64,000 bases of DNA from Candidatus Aenigmatarchaeota archaeon (GTDB taxonomy: Archaea > Aenigmatarchaeota > Aenigmatarchaeia > GW2011-AR5), in assembly GCA_016180945.1 (NCBI GenBank), contig JACPAG010000001.1, positions 19,900-83,899 of the forward strand, in the 5' to 3' direction. This document shows, in pieces, positions 44,691 to 53,870 of this stretch; position 1 is the first letter of the stretch, and the number at the start of each line of letters is the position of its first letter. The translations under genes and the position numbers were made by a program. The notes beneath the pieces are model-generated. The model saw only the letters and a program-made list of their open reading frames with translations, ran no database searches and was not told where the DNA came from.

Positions 44691-46454
44691 ATGGAAAATG
44701 AAGAAATAGACGTAAACAAAGCTTTTGATAAAGCGGAGAAGATAGGTGTTATTGGTTCTCCATCCTCAACTAATCGATTAACTATTGATATTCTTGGAAC
44801 TGCAATGAATAAGAAACTTGTTGGCACTCTATGTGTATTCAAACATATGCAGGACGGAAGAGAGCATTTTTCATTAGGCCAAATTACAGAAATTCAATTA
44901 AAGAATGTTTGGAGTGAAGACCCCACAATGAGAGGTCTAATAAGACAAAAGGGTAGGGTAGACCCTATAACAGAAAAACAAGATACACACACTGCGAGTA
45001 TGATAGTAAGCTCGGTATTTAGTAAAGCCGATTCTGTAATGGGTCAGAGCATCTTAGGAACAGTACCTTCAACGGGGAGTCCTATAAAATTAATCAATAA
45101 TGATATTATGAAAGGACTTTTAGTTAATCATCAAAATGAATTATCTTATCTTGGGCGAGCTTATGGTTCTGATATTTTAATGCCTATGTGGTTCAAGCAT
45201 TTTGGCAAAGAAACTGGTGGGGTTGGAGAAGCTTACCATATAGGGATATTTGGTAAAACAGGTTCTGGAAAATCTGTATTCGCAAAAATGGCAATGCTTG
45301 GTTATGCAAGACATCCATCTATGTCTATGTTCATTATTGACCCGCAAGGCGAATTTGCGAAAGAAATTAAAAGAGATACAAAATTAAAGGGAATATTGGA
45401 AAAGAAATTGCACAGAGAAGTTAAAATATACGATTTACATAATCTTGTGATGACTGGATGGGAACTTTTTAAAAAGACCTTAGTTAATTCAGAGTTCTTT
45501 GATAAACTAACAATTTGGGAAGAAATAAAACCCAGAGCTGCAGAAGTCGTAGTCAATATTTTGAGAGCAAAAATGGGTGGGCAAGCACAACTTGGACAAC
45601 ATACAGAAATACCACCATATAAAGCGTTTGAACAAGCAGCTTTTGATCGCGTATGGAATGCCTTATCACGGGATGATATATGGACTAAGATTTACTACGC
45701 CAAAGATTCAAGAGAAAGAGTACAGTTACAATATGCTGATGCAAATAAAGATGAATTCTTCGAGATATGGAAACAAGTAGCAAATCTATTCAAATATGAA
45801 GGCCGTTCAGGTGTTAAGAAAATAATTGATTTAGTCAATGAAGTTGTAAGCAAAGAAAATGAGGAGAATAGGCCTATTACTATTATAGATTTATCCGAAT
45901 CAGAAATACCAGACGATATATTATGGAACGAAAATATAAGTTTCGTTGTCATAAAAGAACTTTTGGATAAATTAAAGTCTGAGGCCGAAAAAGAGTTTAA
46001 GAAAGAAAGAAATTTAAACTGCTTGGTTGTAATAGATGAAGCTCATAGATTAGCACCAAGAGAAAGAAAAGAGAACGAAAATTTAGAAGTACTTAAGGCA
46101 ACATTTATTGATGCTGTAAGGACTACGAGAAAGTTTGGTCTTGGTTGGATGTTTATTAGTCAAACACTATCAAGCTTAGATAGAGGTATAGTGGAACAAT
46201 TACGAGCTTATGTCTTTGGTTTTGGTTTAGGATGGGGTATAGAACTACAAGCTCTGAAAGAATTGATTGGTGGTAATCGTGATGCTATAAGCTTGTACCA
46301 ATTATTTAATGATCCTCAAAGCTCATTTGGAGAAAAACAATACCCATTTATGATGGTCGGGCCTCTGTCGCCATTATCATTTTCAAGTATACCTTTATTC
46401 GTTACGGCTTTGAATTTTCCTGACGAATTTTTATCTATTAATTTTTCTGAATAG
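44691..46454 (+). CDS. HerA-like (DUF87) hexameric ATPase/translocase
   Basis: Starts 4 nt after the nurA-like stop. N-terminal barrel-like region (IGVIGSPSSTNRLTIDILG ... GTLCVF). Walker A IFGKTGSGKS. Walker B CLVVIDEAHRLAP. Confidence 0.8.
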   Translation: MENEEIDVNKAFDKAEKIGVIGSPSSTNRLTIDILGTAMNKKLVGTLCVFKHMQDGREHFSLGQITEIQLKNVWSEDPTMRGLIRQKGRVDPITEKQDTHTASMIVSSVFSKADSVMGQSILGTVPSTGSPIKLINNDIMKGLLVNHQNELSYLGRAYGSDILMPMWFKHFGKETGGVGEAYHIGIFGKTGSGKSVFAKMAMLGYARHPSMSMFIIDPQGEFAKEIKRDTKLKGILEKKLHREVKIYDLHNLVMTGWELFKKTLVNSEFFDKLTIWEEIKPRAAEVVVNILRAKMGGQAQLGQHTEIPPYKAFEQAAFDRVWNALSRDDIWTKIYYAKDSRERVQLQYADANKDEFFEIWKQVANLFKYEGRSGVKKIIDLVNEVVSKENEENRPITIIDLSESEIPDDILWNENISFVVIKELLDKLKSEAEKEFKKERNLNCLVVIDEAHRLAPRERKENENLEVLKATFIDAVRTTRKFGLGWMFISQTLSSLDRGIVEQLRAYVFGFGLGWGIELQALKELIGGNRDAISLYQLFNDPQSSFGEKQYPFMMVGPLSPLSFSSIPLFVTALNFPDEFLSINFSE

Positions 46455-47591
46455 TGAATATGAAGAATTATCAAAAGACTTGTAAGTTTCGTCTCTCTCA
46501 GATCGTGGAATTACCCATCTATTCAACATAAAAGAAGCATTATATCTTACATCATTTCTTAGAGTCTTTGCATTCTTGTTCTCCTCTAACAAAAGTTGTT
46601 TCCAATTTTTGACTAAAGGAGCTAAAAATAACTCTCTTTTTATACCATGATATAACAAATCATTTGGTAATCCCAATTTTTTAAGCGCCTCTCTAATAAC
46701 TACTCTCTTATTTCGTGGCCCTGTTCCCCATTTGCTGTTTTTACCACTACATCCAGATTTTTTAGCTAACATAGATAAATTCTTGTATTCTCCATTGGAA
46801 AAATGAAATTCCCCAGAGCCTTTTGTCCAACCAACATGAAAAAATTCTGGCCCATCAGGAATTTTGATCCTATCGTACATAGAACTCTTACCAAAAGCAG
46901 AAGAAGTTGTCACAGCCAATAATTTCCCATAAAATTTCTTACCACTTATTAAGGATTTTTTCCCATGATATTTTTTACGAAAATCTTTGGCAACTTTATC
47001 AGATGTTATAAGAGAACTGACTAATTTTCCACTTAGTATTAAATTATATGGCGGAACTGCTCCTATTACAAACCCGTCCATTATATGTTTTAAATTATTT
47101 GCTTTAGTTTTACTGTTCCAGCCGATAAAACTATCTCTATCTTTTAAGGCATATACAGGATCGGCTAATCCTATTATTCCTATTAGTTTATTATTGTATT
47201 CATCAATAACTAAATATCTCAACCTTCTTCCATAACCAGCAGATATAGGAATAGACCAATGCAATTTAACCCAATTGAATAAATTAGATTCTTCTTTATT
47301 TTTAGAATCAAAGCAAACTAACTTGGGCGATATTTCTTCAGGTCTAATTTCATTTCCATTAGCGATATATTTCAAGATAAAATGTTTATCATATTTTTGT
47401 ATAAATTCCTTATTCTTGAGTAATAAATGATTCACAGAAAAATTATTCAATCTTCTCAACGACGGCTTTGTATAGTTTTTAGGCTTTAATACACCTTTCT
47501 TGTAAACAAATCCTTGGTCTCTAAGTAATGAGATTAATTTATGTTTTGTGCGAGTTCTTCTCTGTTTAACAGAAATATATTGAAATGACAT
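46431..47591 (-). CDS. DUF4338 (Druantia DruA-like) domain protein
   Basis: HWSIPISAGYGRRLRYLVIDEYNNKLIGIIGLADPVYALKDRDSFIGW matches my recollection of the DUF4338 core. The 3' end overlaps the herA-like gene by 24 nt (convergent). Confidence 0.6.
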   Translation of the reverse strand: MSFQYISVKQRRTRTKHKLISLLRDQGFVYKKGVLKPKNYTKPSLRRLNNFSVNHLLLKNKEFIQKYDKHFILKYIANGNEIRPEEISPKLVCFDSKNKEESNLFNWVKLHWSIPISAGYGRRLRYLVIDEYNNKLIGIIGLADPVYALKDRDSFIGWNSKTKANNLKHIMDGFVIGAVPPYNLILSGKLVSSLITSDKVAKDFRKKYHGKKSLISGKKFYGKLLAVTTSSAFGKSSMYDRIKIPDGPEFFHVGWTKGSGEFHFSNGEYKNLSMLAKKSGCSGKNSKWGTGPRNKRVVIREALKKLGLPNDLLYHGIKRELFLAPLVKNWKQLLLEENKNAKTLRNDVRYNASFMLNRWVIPRSERDETYKSFDNSSYSLFRKINR

Positions 47592-47903
47592 TATAATCTA
47601 TTAGTACAAAACTATAAGGCCTTGTGTTTTTACCCTTAAGGCCTTTTTTCAAAATAAGCTAAATTTGCCTTACTTTTTCCCTTTCACATAGTTCCTAATA
47701 AACTCTTCCAGAACAGAAGTAGCAGGTCTTTTTCTCCTGCAAAGTCTTCACCCTGAATTTCTGCAATCAAAGTTAGCAGGATGCAACTAAAGTGGTGGTG
47801 AGAGGTCACTTTAGATGCAAAGCTTATTTCTTCCTAAGGTTCGACATTTTCTATGGCTGTCAGTTACTTTAAAAGTTTTCCATTCTTATTCGTAGTGTTG
47901 AAT

Positions 47904-48956
47904 ATGAACGAAATAGGAATTACCGGTTACGGTTGTTACATACCGCGCTTCCGCATAAAAGTCGAGGAGATAGCGAAGGTCTGGGGTCAGGAAGCGGAAA
48001 ACATAAAGCGCGGCCTTTTAGTCGAGGAAAAAAGCGTGCCTGACGTGGACGAGGATACGATAACAATAAGCGTCGAAGCCGCCAGAAACGCGCTGGCGCG
48101 CGCAAACATAGGCGCTGAAAAAATCGGCGCGCTATTTATAGGCAGTGAATCGCACCCGTATGCTGTCAAGCCGTCCGGAACTGTGGTGGCAGAAGCGATC
48201 GGCGCATCGCCGCGAATTCTGGTCGCTGATTTTGAGTTTGCCTGTAAAGCCGGCACAGCAGCCATCCAGTGCTGCTACGGCCTGGTCAAGTCCAATGAAA
48301 TAGAATACGGTTTGGCAATTGGTTCTGATACGTCGCAGGGCAGGCCTGGCGATGCCCTGGAATATACTGCATCAGCCGGCGGCGGCGCGTTTATAATCGG
48401 CAAAAATCCAGTCGCGTCCATAGAAGGCATGTTCTCTTACACGACGGATACGCCTGATTTTTGGCGCCGCGAGGGCGAAGACTTCCCGCGCCACGGCGCG
48501 CGCTTTACAGGCGAGCCTGCCTATTTCAGGCATGTCGTTGAAGCCACAAAAGGGTTGATGACAAAATTATCTTTAAGGTCTGGCGATTTTGACTATGCCG
48601 TATTCCATACCCCGAACGGAAAATTCCCGCTGCGCGCCGCCCAGTTGCTGGGGTTTGAAAAAGAAAAGGTCCTGCCGGGCCTTATTGTAACAAAAATCGG
48701 GAATGCGTATTCAGGCGCGAGCCTGCTCGCCCTTTGCAATATTTTAGACGCTGTTGCGAAACCCGGTCAGCGTATTCTTCTTACCTCATACGGTTCGGGC
48801 GCCGGCAGCGATTCGTTCTCGCTGCTTGTAACCGACCGGCTGTTAGAAGCCCGCGATGCAGCGCCGAAAACAGATTTTTATGTTAACCGGAAATCTTACG
48901 TGACATACGGCGAATACGTGAAGATGAGGAAAAAACTGAAGGGTGTAACGGAATGA
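47904..48956 (+). CDS. archaeal HMG-CoA synthase
   Basis: [29 protein letters not shown]-terminus. Catalytic Cys context [13 protein letters not shown]. Confidence 0.9.
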   Translation: MNEIGITGYGCYIPRFRIKVEEIAKVWGQEAENIKRGLLVEEKSVPDVDEDTITISVEAARNALARANIGAEKIGALFIGSESHPYAVKPSGTVVAEAIGASPRILVADFEFACKAGTAAIQCCYGLVKSNEIEYGLAIGSDTSQGRPGDALEYTASAGGGAFIIGKNPVASIEGMFSYTTDTPDFWRREGEDFPRHGARFTGEPAYFRHVVEATKGLMTKLSLRSGDFDYAVFHTPNGKFPLRAAQLLGFEKEKVLPGLIVTKIGNAYSGASLLALCNILDAVAKPGQRILLTSYGSGAGSDSFSLLVTDRLLEARDAAPKTDFYVNRKSYVTYGEYVKMRKKLKGVTE

Positions 48957-48970
48957 AAATGAAAAATAAG

Positions 48971-49008
48971 ATGGCAATCGACTTTTGCCGGAGCAAAAGG
49001 GGATAATG
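48971..49008 (+). promoter_or_regulatory. leader module B between HMG-CoA synthase and the 99-aa ORF
   Basis: ATAAG-ATGGCAATCGAC + CTTTTGC-CGGA-GCAAAAG + GGGATA + ATG (49006). Here the upstream ATG is out of frame and its reading frame stops at TAA. Confidence 0.7.
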
Positions 49009-49305
49009 AGCTTGCTGACAGACCCTGCGAAATCTGTGAGTATGCGTGAAATAGTATCTAGGTTGCGCGGCCAGGGTGTTAGCCCGGGCCTGGGCTCGGA
49101 CGGCTTACAAATATCATACCGGGGTCATATACCACAGACAGGCGACAGCCCGGAAAGGGCGTCTTATGATATCCGCTCTGGAGATAGATACTTCGGTATT
49201 GCAACCGTCGTAGATACGTCAAAAGGCAGCAGAAGAAAAATGCATATACAGATTTATTCAGAAGACCTGTCAGGCGGAGACCTGTGTTTTGACGCAGATT
49301 TTTAG
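49006..49305 (+). CDS. 99-aa hypothetical protein inserted in the HMGCS-thiolase-DUF35 cluster
   Basis: MSLLTDPAKSVSMREIVSRLRGQG... No family recognised. Has its own leader module. Confidence 0.5.
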   Translation: MSLLTDPAKSVSMREIVSRLRGQGVSPGLGSDGLQISYRGHIPQTGDSPERASYDIRSGDRYFGIATVVDTSKGSRRKMHIQIYSEDLSGGDLCFDADF

Positions 49306-49327
49306 GTGTTGAATAATGAAAAATGAT

Positions 49328-49404
49328 ATGGCAACAGTCTTGCGACTGGAAGGAGCTAAAATTATAAAATGGCGCTCGACTTTGCCGGAGCAAAGGGGAG
49401 TATG
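49328..49404 (+). promoter_or_regulatory. tandem leader modules A (49328-49368) and B (49369-49404) in front of the thiolase gene
   Basis: A: ATGGCAACAGTCTTGCGACTGGAAGGAGCTAAAATTATAAA. B: ATGGCGCTCGAC + CTTTGC-CGGA-GCAAAG + GGGAGT + ATG (49402). Confidence 0.7.
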
Positions 49405-50565
49405 AGGAACGTTTGTGTTGTTGGCGCAGCCCAGACAAAATTCGGCGAGCTCTGGGACAGGTCGCTACGCGACTTGATAGTGGAAGCCGGCATTGGCGCC
49501 GTAAAAGACGCCGGAATTGAAAAGAGCGCCATCCAGAGCTTGTACGTAGGCAATATGTCTGCCGGCCGTTTTGCCGGCCAGGAGCATCTGGGCGCACTGG
49601 CTGCGGATTTTCTCAGCCTTAGAGTACCTGCCACGAGATGCGAAGCCGCCTGCGCATCCGGCAGCGTTGCTTTCCGCGACGCGTATTATGCCGTTGCCTC
49701 CGGCGACATAGACGCCGCCCTTGTTATAGGCGCAGAAAAAATGACTGATGTTCACGGCTCTGGTGCGCTGACAACGCTTGCCGCTGCCGGCGACCAGGAG
49801 TGGGAAGCGTCTATCGGGTTGACGTTCGCCGGTCTGTACGCGCTGATTGCAAGAAAGCATATGGTCGATTTCGGCACCACAAGAGAACAGATGGCGGCCG
49901 TTTCCGTAACAAACCACAAGAACGGGTTGAAAAACAAACTCGCCCAGTTCCAGATGAAAATAACCATAGAAGACGTGCTGAACTCTGCTATGATAGCCGA
50001 TCCCTTGAGGCTTTTTGATTGTTCTCCGATAACAGACGGCGCGGCCGCTGTTGTAGTAGCCAGCGAGTCCGCCGCCAAAAAACTCTCTACCCAGCCCATT
50101 TATGTCCTTGGTACGGGCCAGGGATCCGATTCGATAGCTCTGCACGACCGTGCGTCGTTTACAGAGCTTCTGGCTACCAAGGCCGCCGCCAAAAAGGCAT
50201 TCGAGCAGGCAGGCATCGGCAGAAACAAGATCGATACCACAGAAGTACATGATTGCTTTACAATAAATGAGATTATTTCCCTGGAAGATCTGGGTTTCGT
50301 TGAGAAGGGTAAAGGCGGCAAGTTCGCCGAAGAAGGAAAAATAGATTTGAATGGAGAACTGCCAACCAATACGTGCGGCGGCCTTAAGGTATGCGGCCAT
50401 CCAGTAGGCGCTACGGGTGTCCGCCAAATAGTCGAGTTGGCCCGCCAGCTGCGCGGCCAATGTTTCAACCCAATCAACGGCGCAGAAATAGGGTTGAACT
50501 TGAACATAGGCGGCTCTGGCGCAACTGCCGTGGTAAATATATTCGGCAAAGAGCCGAGGTATTGA
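49402..50565 (+). CDS. acetyl-CoA acetyltransferase (archaeal thiolase)
   Basis: Catalytic Cys CEAACASGS. C-terminal GGLKVCGHPVGATG. Confidence 0.9.
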   Translation: MRNVCVVGAAQTKFGELWDRSLRDLIVEAGIGAVKDAGIEKSAIQSLYVGNMSAGRFAGQEHLGALAADFLSLRVPATRCEAACASGSVAFRDAYYAVASGDIDAALVIGAEKMTDVHGSGALTTLAAAGDQEWEASIGLTFAGLYALIARKHMVDFGTTREQMAAVSVTNHKNGLKNKLAQFQMKITIEDVLNSAMIADPLRLFDCSPITDGAAAVVVASESAAKKLSTQPIYVLGTGQGSDSIALHDRASFTELLATKAAAKKAFEQAGIGRNKIDTTEVHDCFTINEIISLEDLGFVEKGKGGKFAEEGKIDLNGELPTNTCGGLKVCGHPVGATGVRQIVELARQLRGQCFNPINGAEIGLNLNIGGSGATAVVNIFGKEPRY

Positions 50566-50567
50566 TT

Positions 50568-50960
50568 ATGCCACACCGTTCTTCTGTTCCGATGTCATGG
50601 CGGCTTTCAAAACACCGTTATGGCCTTGTCGGTAGCAGGTGCCCTGGCTGTTCAGCGCTGTTTTTCCCGCCGCGGGCCATTTGTAAATCATGCGGCGCAG
50701 AGAAAACAGAAAGCTTCAGGTTCTCGGGTAACGGCGTTATAGTTTCGTATACAACCATCTACGCGGCCCCCGAAGGTTTTGAAAAGAGCACACCGTACAA
50801 CATTGGATTAGTGAAGTTGGACGAAGGACCGGTTATAACCACCCAGGTGGTAGATAAGAACGTTTCTGTTGGCAGCCGCGTCCGTGTGGTATTCAGAAAA
50901 ATCTCAGAAGGCGGCAAATCCGGCCTGATTAACTATGGGTTTAAGTTCGAGTTGGTCTAA
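50568..50960 (+). CDS. DUF35 OB-fold/zinc-ribbon protein (thiolase/HMGCS scaffold)
   Basis: CPGCSALFFPPRAICKSCG zinc ribbon followed by an OB fold. Starts 2 nt after the thiolase stop. Confidence 0.85.
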   Translation: MPHRSSVPMSWRLSKHRYGLVGSRCPGCSALFFPPRAICKSCGAEKTESFRFSGNGVIVSYTTIYAAPEGFEKSTPYNIGLVKLDEGPVITTQVVDKNVSVGSRVRVVFRKISEGGKSGLINYGFKFELV

Positions 50961-51006
50961 GACCCGGTTGTTTCTTGTAGACCTACCTTATAGTACTTGA
51001 GCAGAC

Positions 51007-51228
51007 TCAAAATCTTTCTCTTGTGACCAGCCATAAGCCGCTTTCAGGATCAGGTTTAGGGGTAGGCTTATTCTCAAGCCACCTGTACACCGTGCTTACT
51101 GAAGTCTCATATCTTGATGCAATCTCTCTTCTCGCCTGGTATCTTCCCATTCCTTGCTCTTGTAACTCCCTATCTAACAGTCTCCATTCAGGCAATAATG
51201 AGGGATCGTCTCGTGGTGTTGGGGTCAT
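51007..51228 (-). CDS. small HTH protein
   Basis: 73 aa. EIASRYETSVSTVYRWLEN is a resolvase/transposase-type HTH. Lies beside the origin region. Confidence 0.5.
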   Translation of the reverse strand: MTPTPRDDPSLLPEWRLLDRELQEQGMGRYQARREIASRYETSVSTVYRWLENKPTPKPDPESGLWLVTRERF

Positions 51229-51234
51229 ATAGAA

Positions 51235-51552
51235 TCATCCCCACACAAACCTTAAATCCCTTCCTACCACACCCCCCTGTTTCCTATACCCCCCACATTT
51301 TCTCAAAATAACCCCCTTTCTTTTAAAACATACCTTCGTTTCCGTTGGAGGTAACACCACACCACCATTTCATATAACACAATTATACATATAACAAGGG
51401 AAAATCTCCACAGGAAATGTTGGGGTGTTGCCTCCACAAAACTATATTTCAACAACCCCACTTTCCACTAGAGATATATTTATATATTCTCCAAAAGAAG
51501 TAATGGTAGATTTTTGTTTTTCTTGGTTGGTGTGGGGTGTGGAAAGTGGAAG
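51235..51552. other. candidate chromosomal replication origin (ORB-type boxes + AT-rich unwinding element)
   Basis: ORB-like TCCACAGGAAATGTTGGGGTG (51407-51427). Inverted pair CCCCACTTTCCACTAG (51457-51472, = CTAGTGGAAAGTGGGG on the minus strand) and GTGTGGAAAGTGGAA (51537-51551), flanking the AT-rich GAGATATATTTATATATTCTCC. C-runs (G-strings on the other strand) at 51268-51320. Directly upstream of cdc6. Confidence 0.7.
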
Positions 51553-52769
51553 CAGTTTCTAAAGTAGACAATATCTTCTCCCAGTACGTCCAAAAACAGT
51601 CCGTCTTTAAAGACAAAACAGTCCTGACATCGAATTTTATACCGGAAAAAATCCCGCACAGGAGCGAGGAAATAACGCAGCTCAGCTTGGCGTTGGCTCC
51701 GATGCTCAAGGGATTTCATGCCAGCAACGTCTTCGTTTACGGCACCTGCGGCACCGGGAAAACCATATGTAGCCGTTTCGTTGTCAACCAGTTGGAAGAA
51801 GCCGCCAAAGACGGCCAAATAAAAACAATCTACATCAACTGCAAGATGAAAAAGGTGGCCGATACTGAATACCGGCTGCTGGCCCAGCTGCTGAAAGAAC
51901 TTGGTGAGTGCGTCCCGGATACGGGCCTGCCGACTGATGTCCTTTACAGGAGATTTTTTGAAAACGCCGACTCAAAAAGGCAGACGCTGGTTTTGGTGCT
52001 GGACGAAATAGACGCCCTCTTCAAAAAAATAGGGGACGAGTTCCTTTACAACCTGACAAGAATAAATCAGGAACTAAAACAGGCAAAATTGAACATCGTC
52101 GGTATAACGAACGACCTCTCTTTCCGGGACGGGCTGGATATGCGCGTCCGCTCGTCATTAGGCGAAGAAGAGATTTTATTCCGGCCATATAACGCGCTCC
52201 AGCTGAAACACATACTGGAAGAGCGCGCCAAAACCGGATTTGAAACGGGGTTAGACGAGGCCATCTTAAACAAATGCGCAGCCATAGCCGCGCAGGAACA
52301 CGGCGACGCCCGCCGCGCGTTAGACCTGCTGCGGGTTGCCGGCGAACTGGCCGAAAGGCAGGGCGACGCGAAAATAACAGAGGCGCATATCGATATGGCC
52401 GAGCAGAAAATAGACCTGGATAGGGTGATAGAGACAATAAAATCCCAGCCCAGCCAGTCGCAAATCGTTCTGCACGCCATCATAAAATTGGCAGAAAGCA
52501 GGAAAAAAACGACAAAATGGGCTGATGCGCGGCTTCTTACCGGCGACGTTTTCGCCACCTATGAGAGCGTGTGCAAAGAGAACGGCATCAAATCACTCAC
52601 CCAGCGGAGGGTCAGCGACCTGATAGCCGAGCTGGACATGCTGGGCATTATAACAGCCAAAGTGATATCCAAGGGCCGGTACGGCAGAACAAAAGAAATA
52701 TCAATGGCAATCAGCAACAGCCACCTGGACCGCGTCAAGGCGTTTCTAGCAGGCAGGTTCAGCCCATGA
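51537..52769 (+). CDS. cdc6: Orc1/Cdc6 replication initiator
   Basis: Walker A YGTCGTGKT, Walker B LVLVLDEID, GDARRALDLLR, C-terminal wHTH. No early ATG, so a GTG start is assumed. Confidence 0.92.
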   Translation: MWKVEAVSKVDNIFSQYVQKQSVFKDKTVLTSNFIPEKIPHRSEEITQLSLALAPMLKGFHASNVFVYGTCGTGKTICSRFVVNQLEEAAKDGQIKTIYINCKMKKVADTEYRLLAQLLKELGECVPDTGLPTDVLYRRFFENADSKRQTLVLVLDEIDALFKKIGDEFLYNLTRINQELKQAKLNIVGITNDLSFRDGLDMRVRSSLGEEEILFRPYNALQLKHILEERAKTGFETGLDEAILNKCAAIAAQEHGDARRALDLLRVAGELAERQGDAKITEAHIDMAEQKIDLDRVIETIKSQPSQSQIVLHAIIKLAESRKKTTKWADARLLTGDVFATYESVCKENGIKSLTQRRVSDLIAELDMLGIITAKVISKGRYGRTKEISMAISNSHLDRVKAFLAGRFSP

Positions 52770-53854
52770 ACAAGCAAGAGATAGTCAGGATTTTTTTTAA
52801 CAGGGGCAAATTACTCACAGCAGATGCGCTCGATTTTTTGGAAAATGCCGGCCAGATTCCGGAAAAGGAATACACCGGCCTGGTTTTAACAGAAAAAGAT
52901 TTTCAGGAAAAAGAAAAAGACACGGTCCGGGTATTAAAACACCTGGAGAAAAAACCGGCAGAGACCACGACAGAAGATTTCGTGAAATTTTATACGGCAA
53001 AGTACGAAAAGATGAAATCCGTCATTTTAAGCCGCATCCAGAAGGATTTCGTTTCTTTGAACAAGCTGGACAGCACGCGCAGCGAGGTTTACGTTCTCGG
53101 CATAGTGAAGGACATTAAGGACGGCGAAAAAAAGATCGTGGAATTGGAAGACCTTACAGGCTCGGCGCCGGTTATCTTCGACGACATAGAAGGTCTTGAG
53201 TTAGATGACGTTGTTGCGATAAGGGCCGTTAGCGCCGGGAAGGTGCTCTACGGGAAGGAAGTCATCTATCCGGACATACCATTGCGCAAACCGGCAACAG
53301 GCTTCGGCAAAGCCTGTTTTATTTCCGACCTGCATCTGGACGAGTCGCCGAAACAGGACGCGGAAAAATTCTTCGGCTGGTTCGAAAATCAGGACATAAA
53401 ATACCTTTTCATAGCCGGTGACATCTGCAATAAAAAAGCCCTGGAAGACCTCATAAATCGCTACTGTTTCGGCAAAAAAGTTTTTGTCACGCCCGGCGAA
53501 AAAGACAGCGACAGCGAATACCCGAATCTGGCGGAAACGATGCAGAATAAAAACACTATCCCCCTTTCCAACCCCGCGATGGTCGAAGTGAACGGCGTCA
53601 AAATCCTGATGATTCACAGGTTCGGCATGGACATGCTGAAAAAACGCTACCTCGGGAAGTCAAAACTAATCACCCCGGATGATTACCTTGTATTGGAAGA
53701 AGTCCCTGACATCGTTCATTGCGGCCACACACACGAACCGCACGTGATGAACTACAAATCTGTGACAATAGTCAACAGCGGCTCGCCGCTGAAAGAATTC
53801 CGCCCGGTAGTCGTGGATTTCGCGACACGGGAAGTAGTACAGGTAAAGCTGTAA
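52766..53854 (+). CDS. DNA polymerase D small subunit (DP1, calcineurin-like phosphoesterase)
   Basis: The ATG overlaps the cdc6 stop (ATGA). Motifs FISDLHLD, FIAGDI, CGHTHEP. Confidence 0.85.
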   Translation: MNKQEIVRIFFNRGKLLTADALDFLENAGQIPEKEYTGLVLTEKDFQEKEKDTVRVLKHLEKKPAETTTEDFVKFYTAKYEKMKSVILSRIQKDFVSLNKLDSTRSEVYVLGIVKDIKDGEKKIVELEDLTGSAPVIFDDIEGLELDDVVAIRAVSAGKVLYGKEVIYPDIPLRKPATGFGKACFISDLHLDESPKQDAEKFFGWFENQDIKYLFIAGDICNKKALEDLINRYCFGKKVFVTPGEKDSDSEYPNLAETMQNKNTIPLSNPAMVEVNGVKILMIHRFGMDMLKKRYLGKSKLITPDDYLVLEEVPDIVHCGHTHEPHVMNYKSVTIVNSGSPLKEFRPVVVDFATREVVQVKL

Positions 53855-53870
53855 TTAGACGAAATATTTT

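Noticed and set aside
49465-50460. 331-aa minus-strand ORF, plus other long antisense ORFs inside thiolase, carB, alaS, pepA, dnaG and cdc6
   Set aside because: These are shadow ORFs typical of about 50% GC coding regions. The opposite-strand genes carry diagnostic catalytic motifs.
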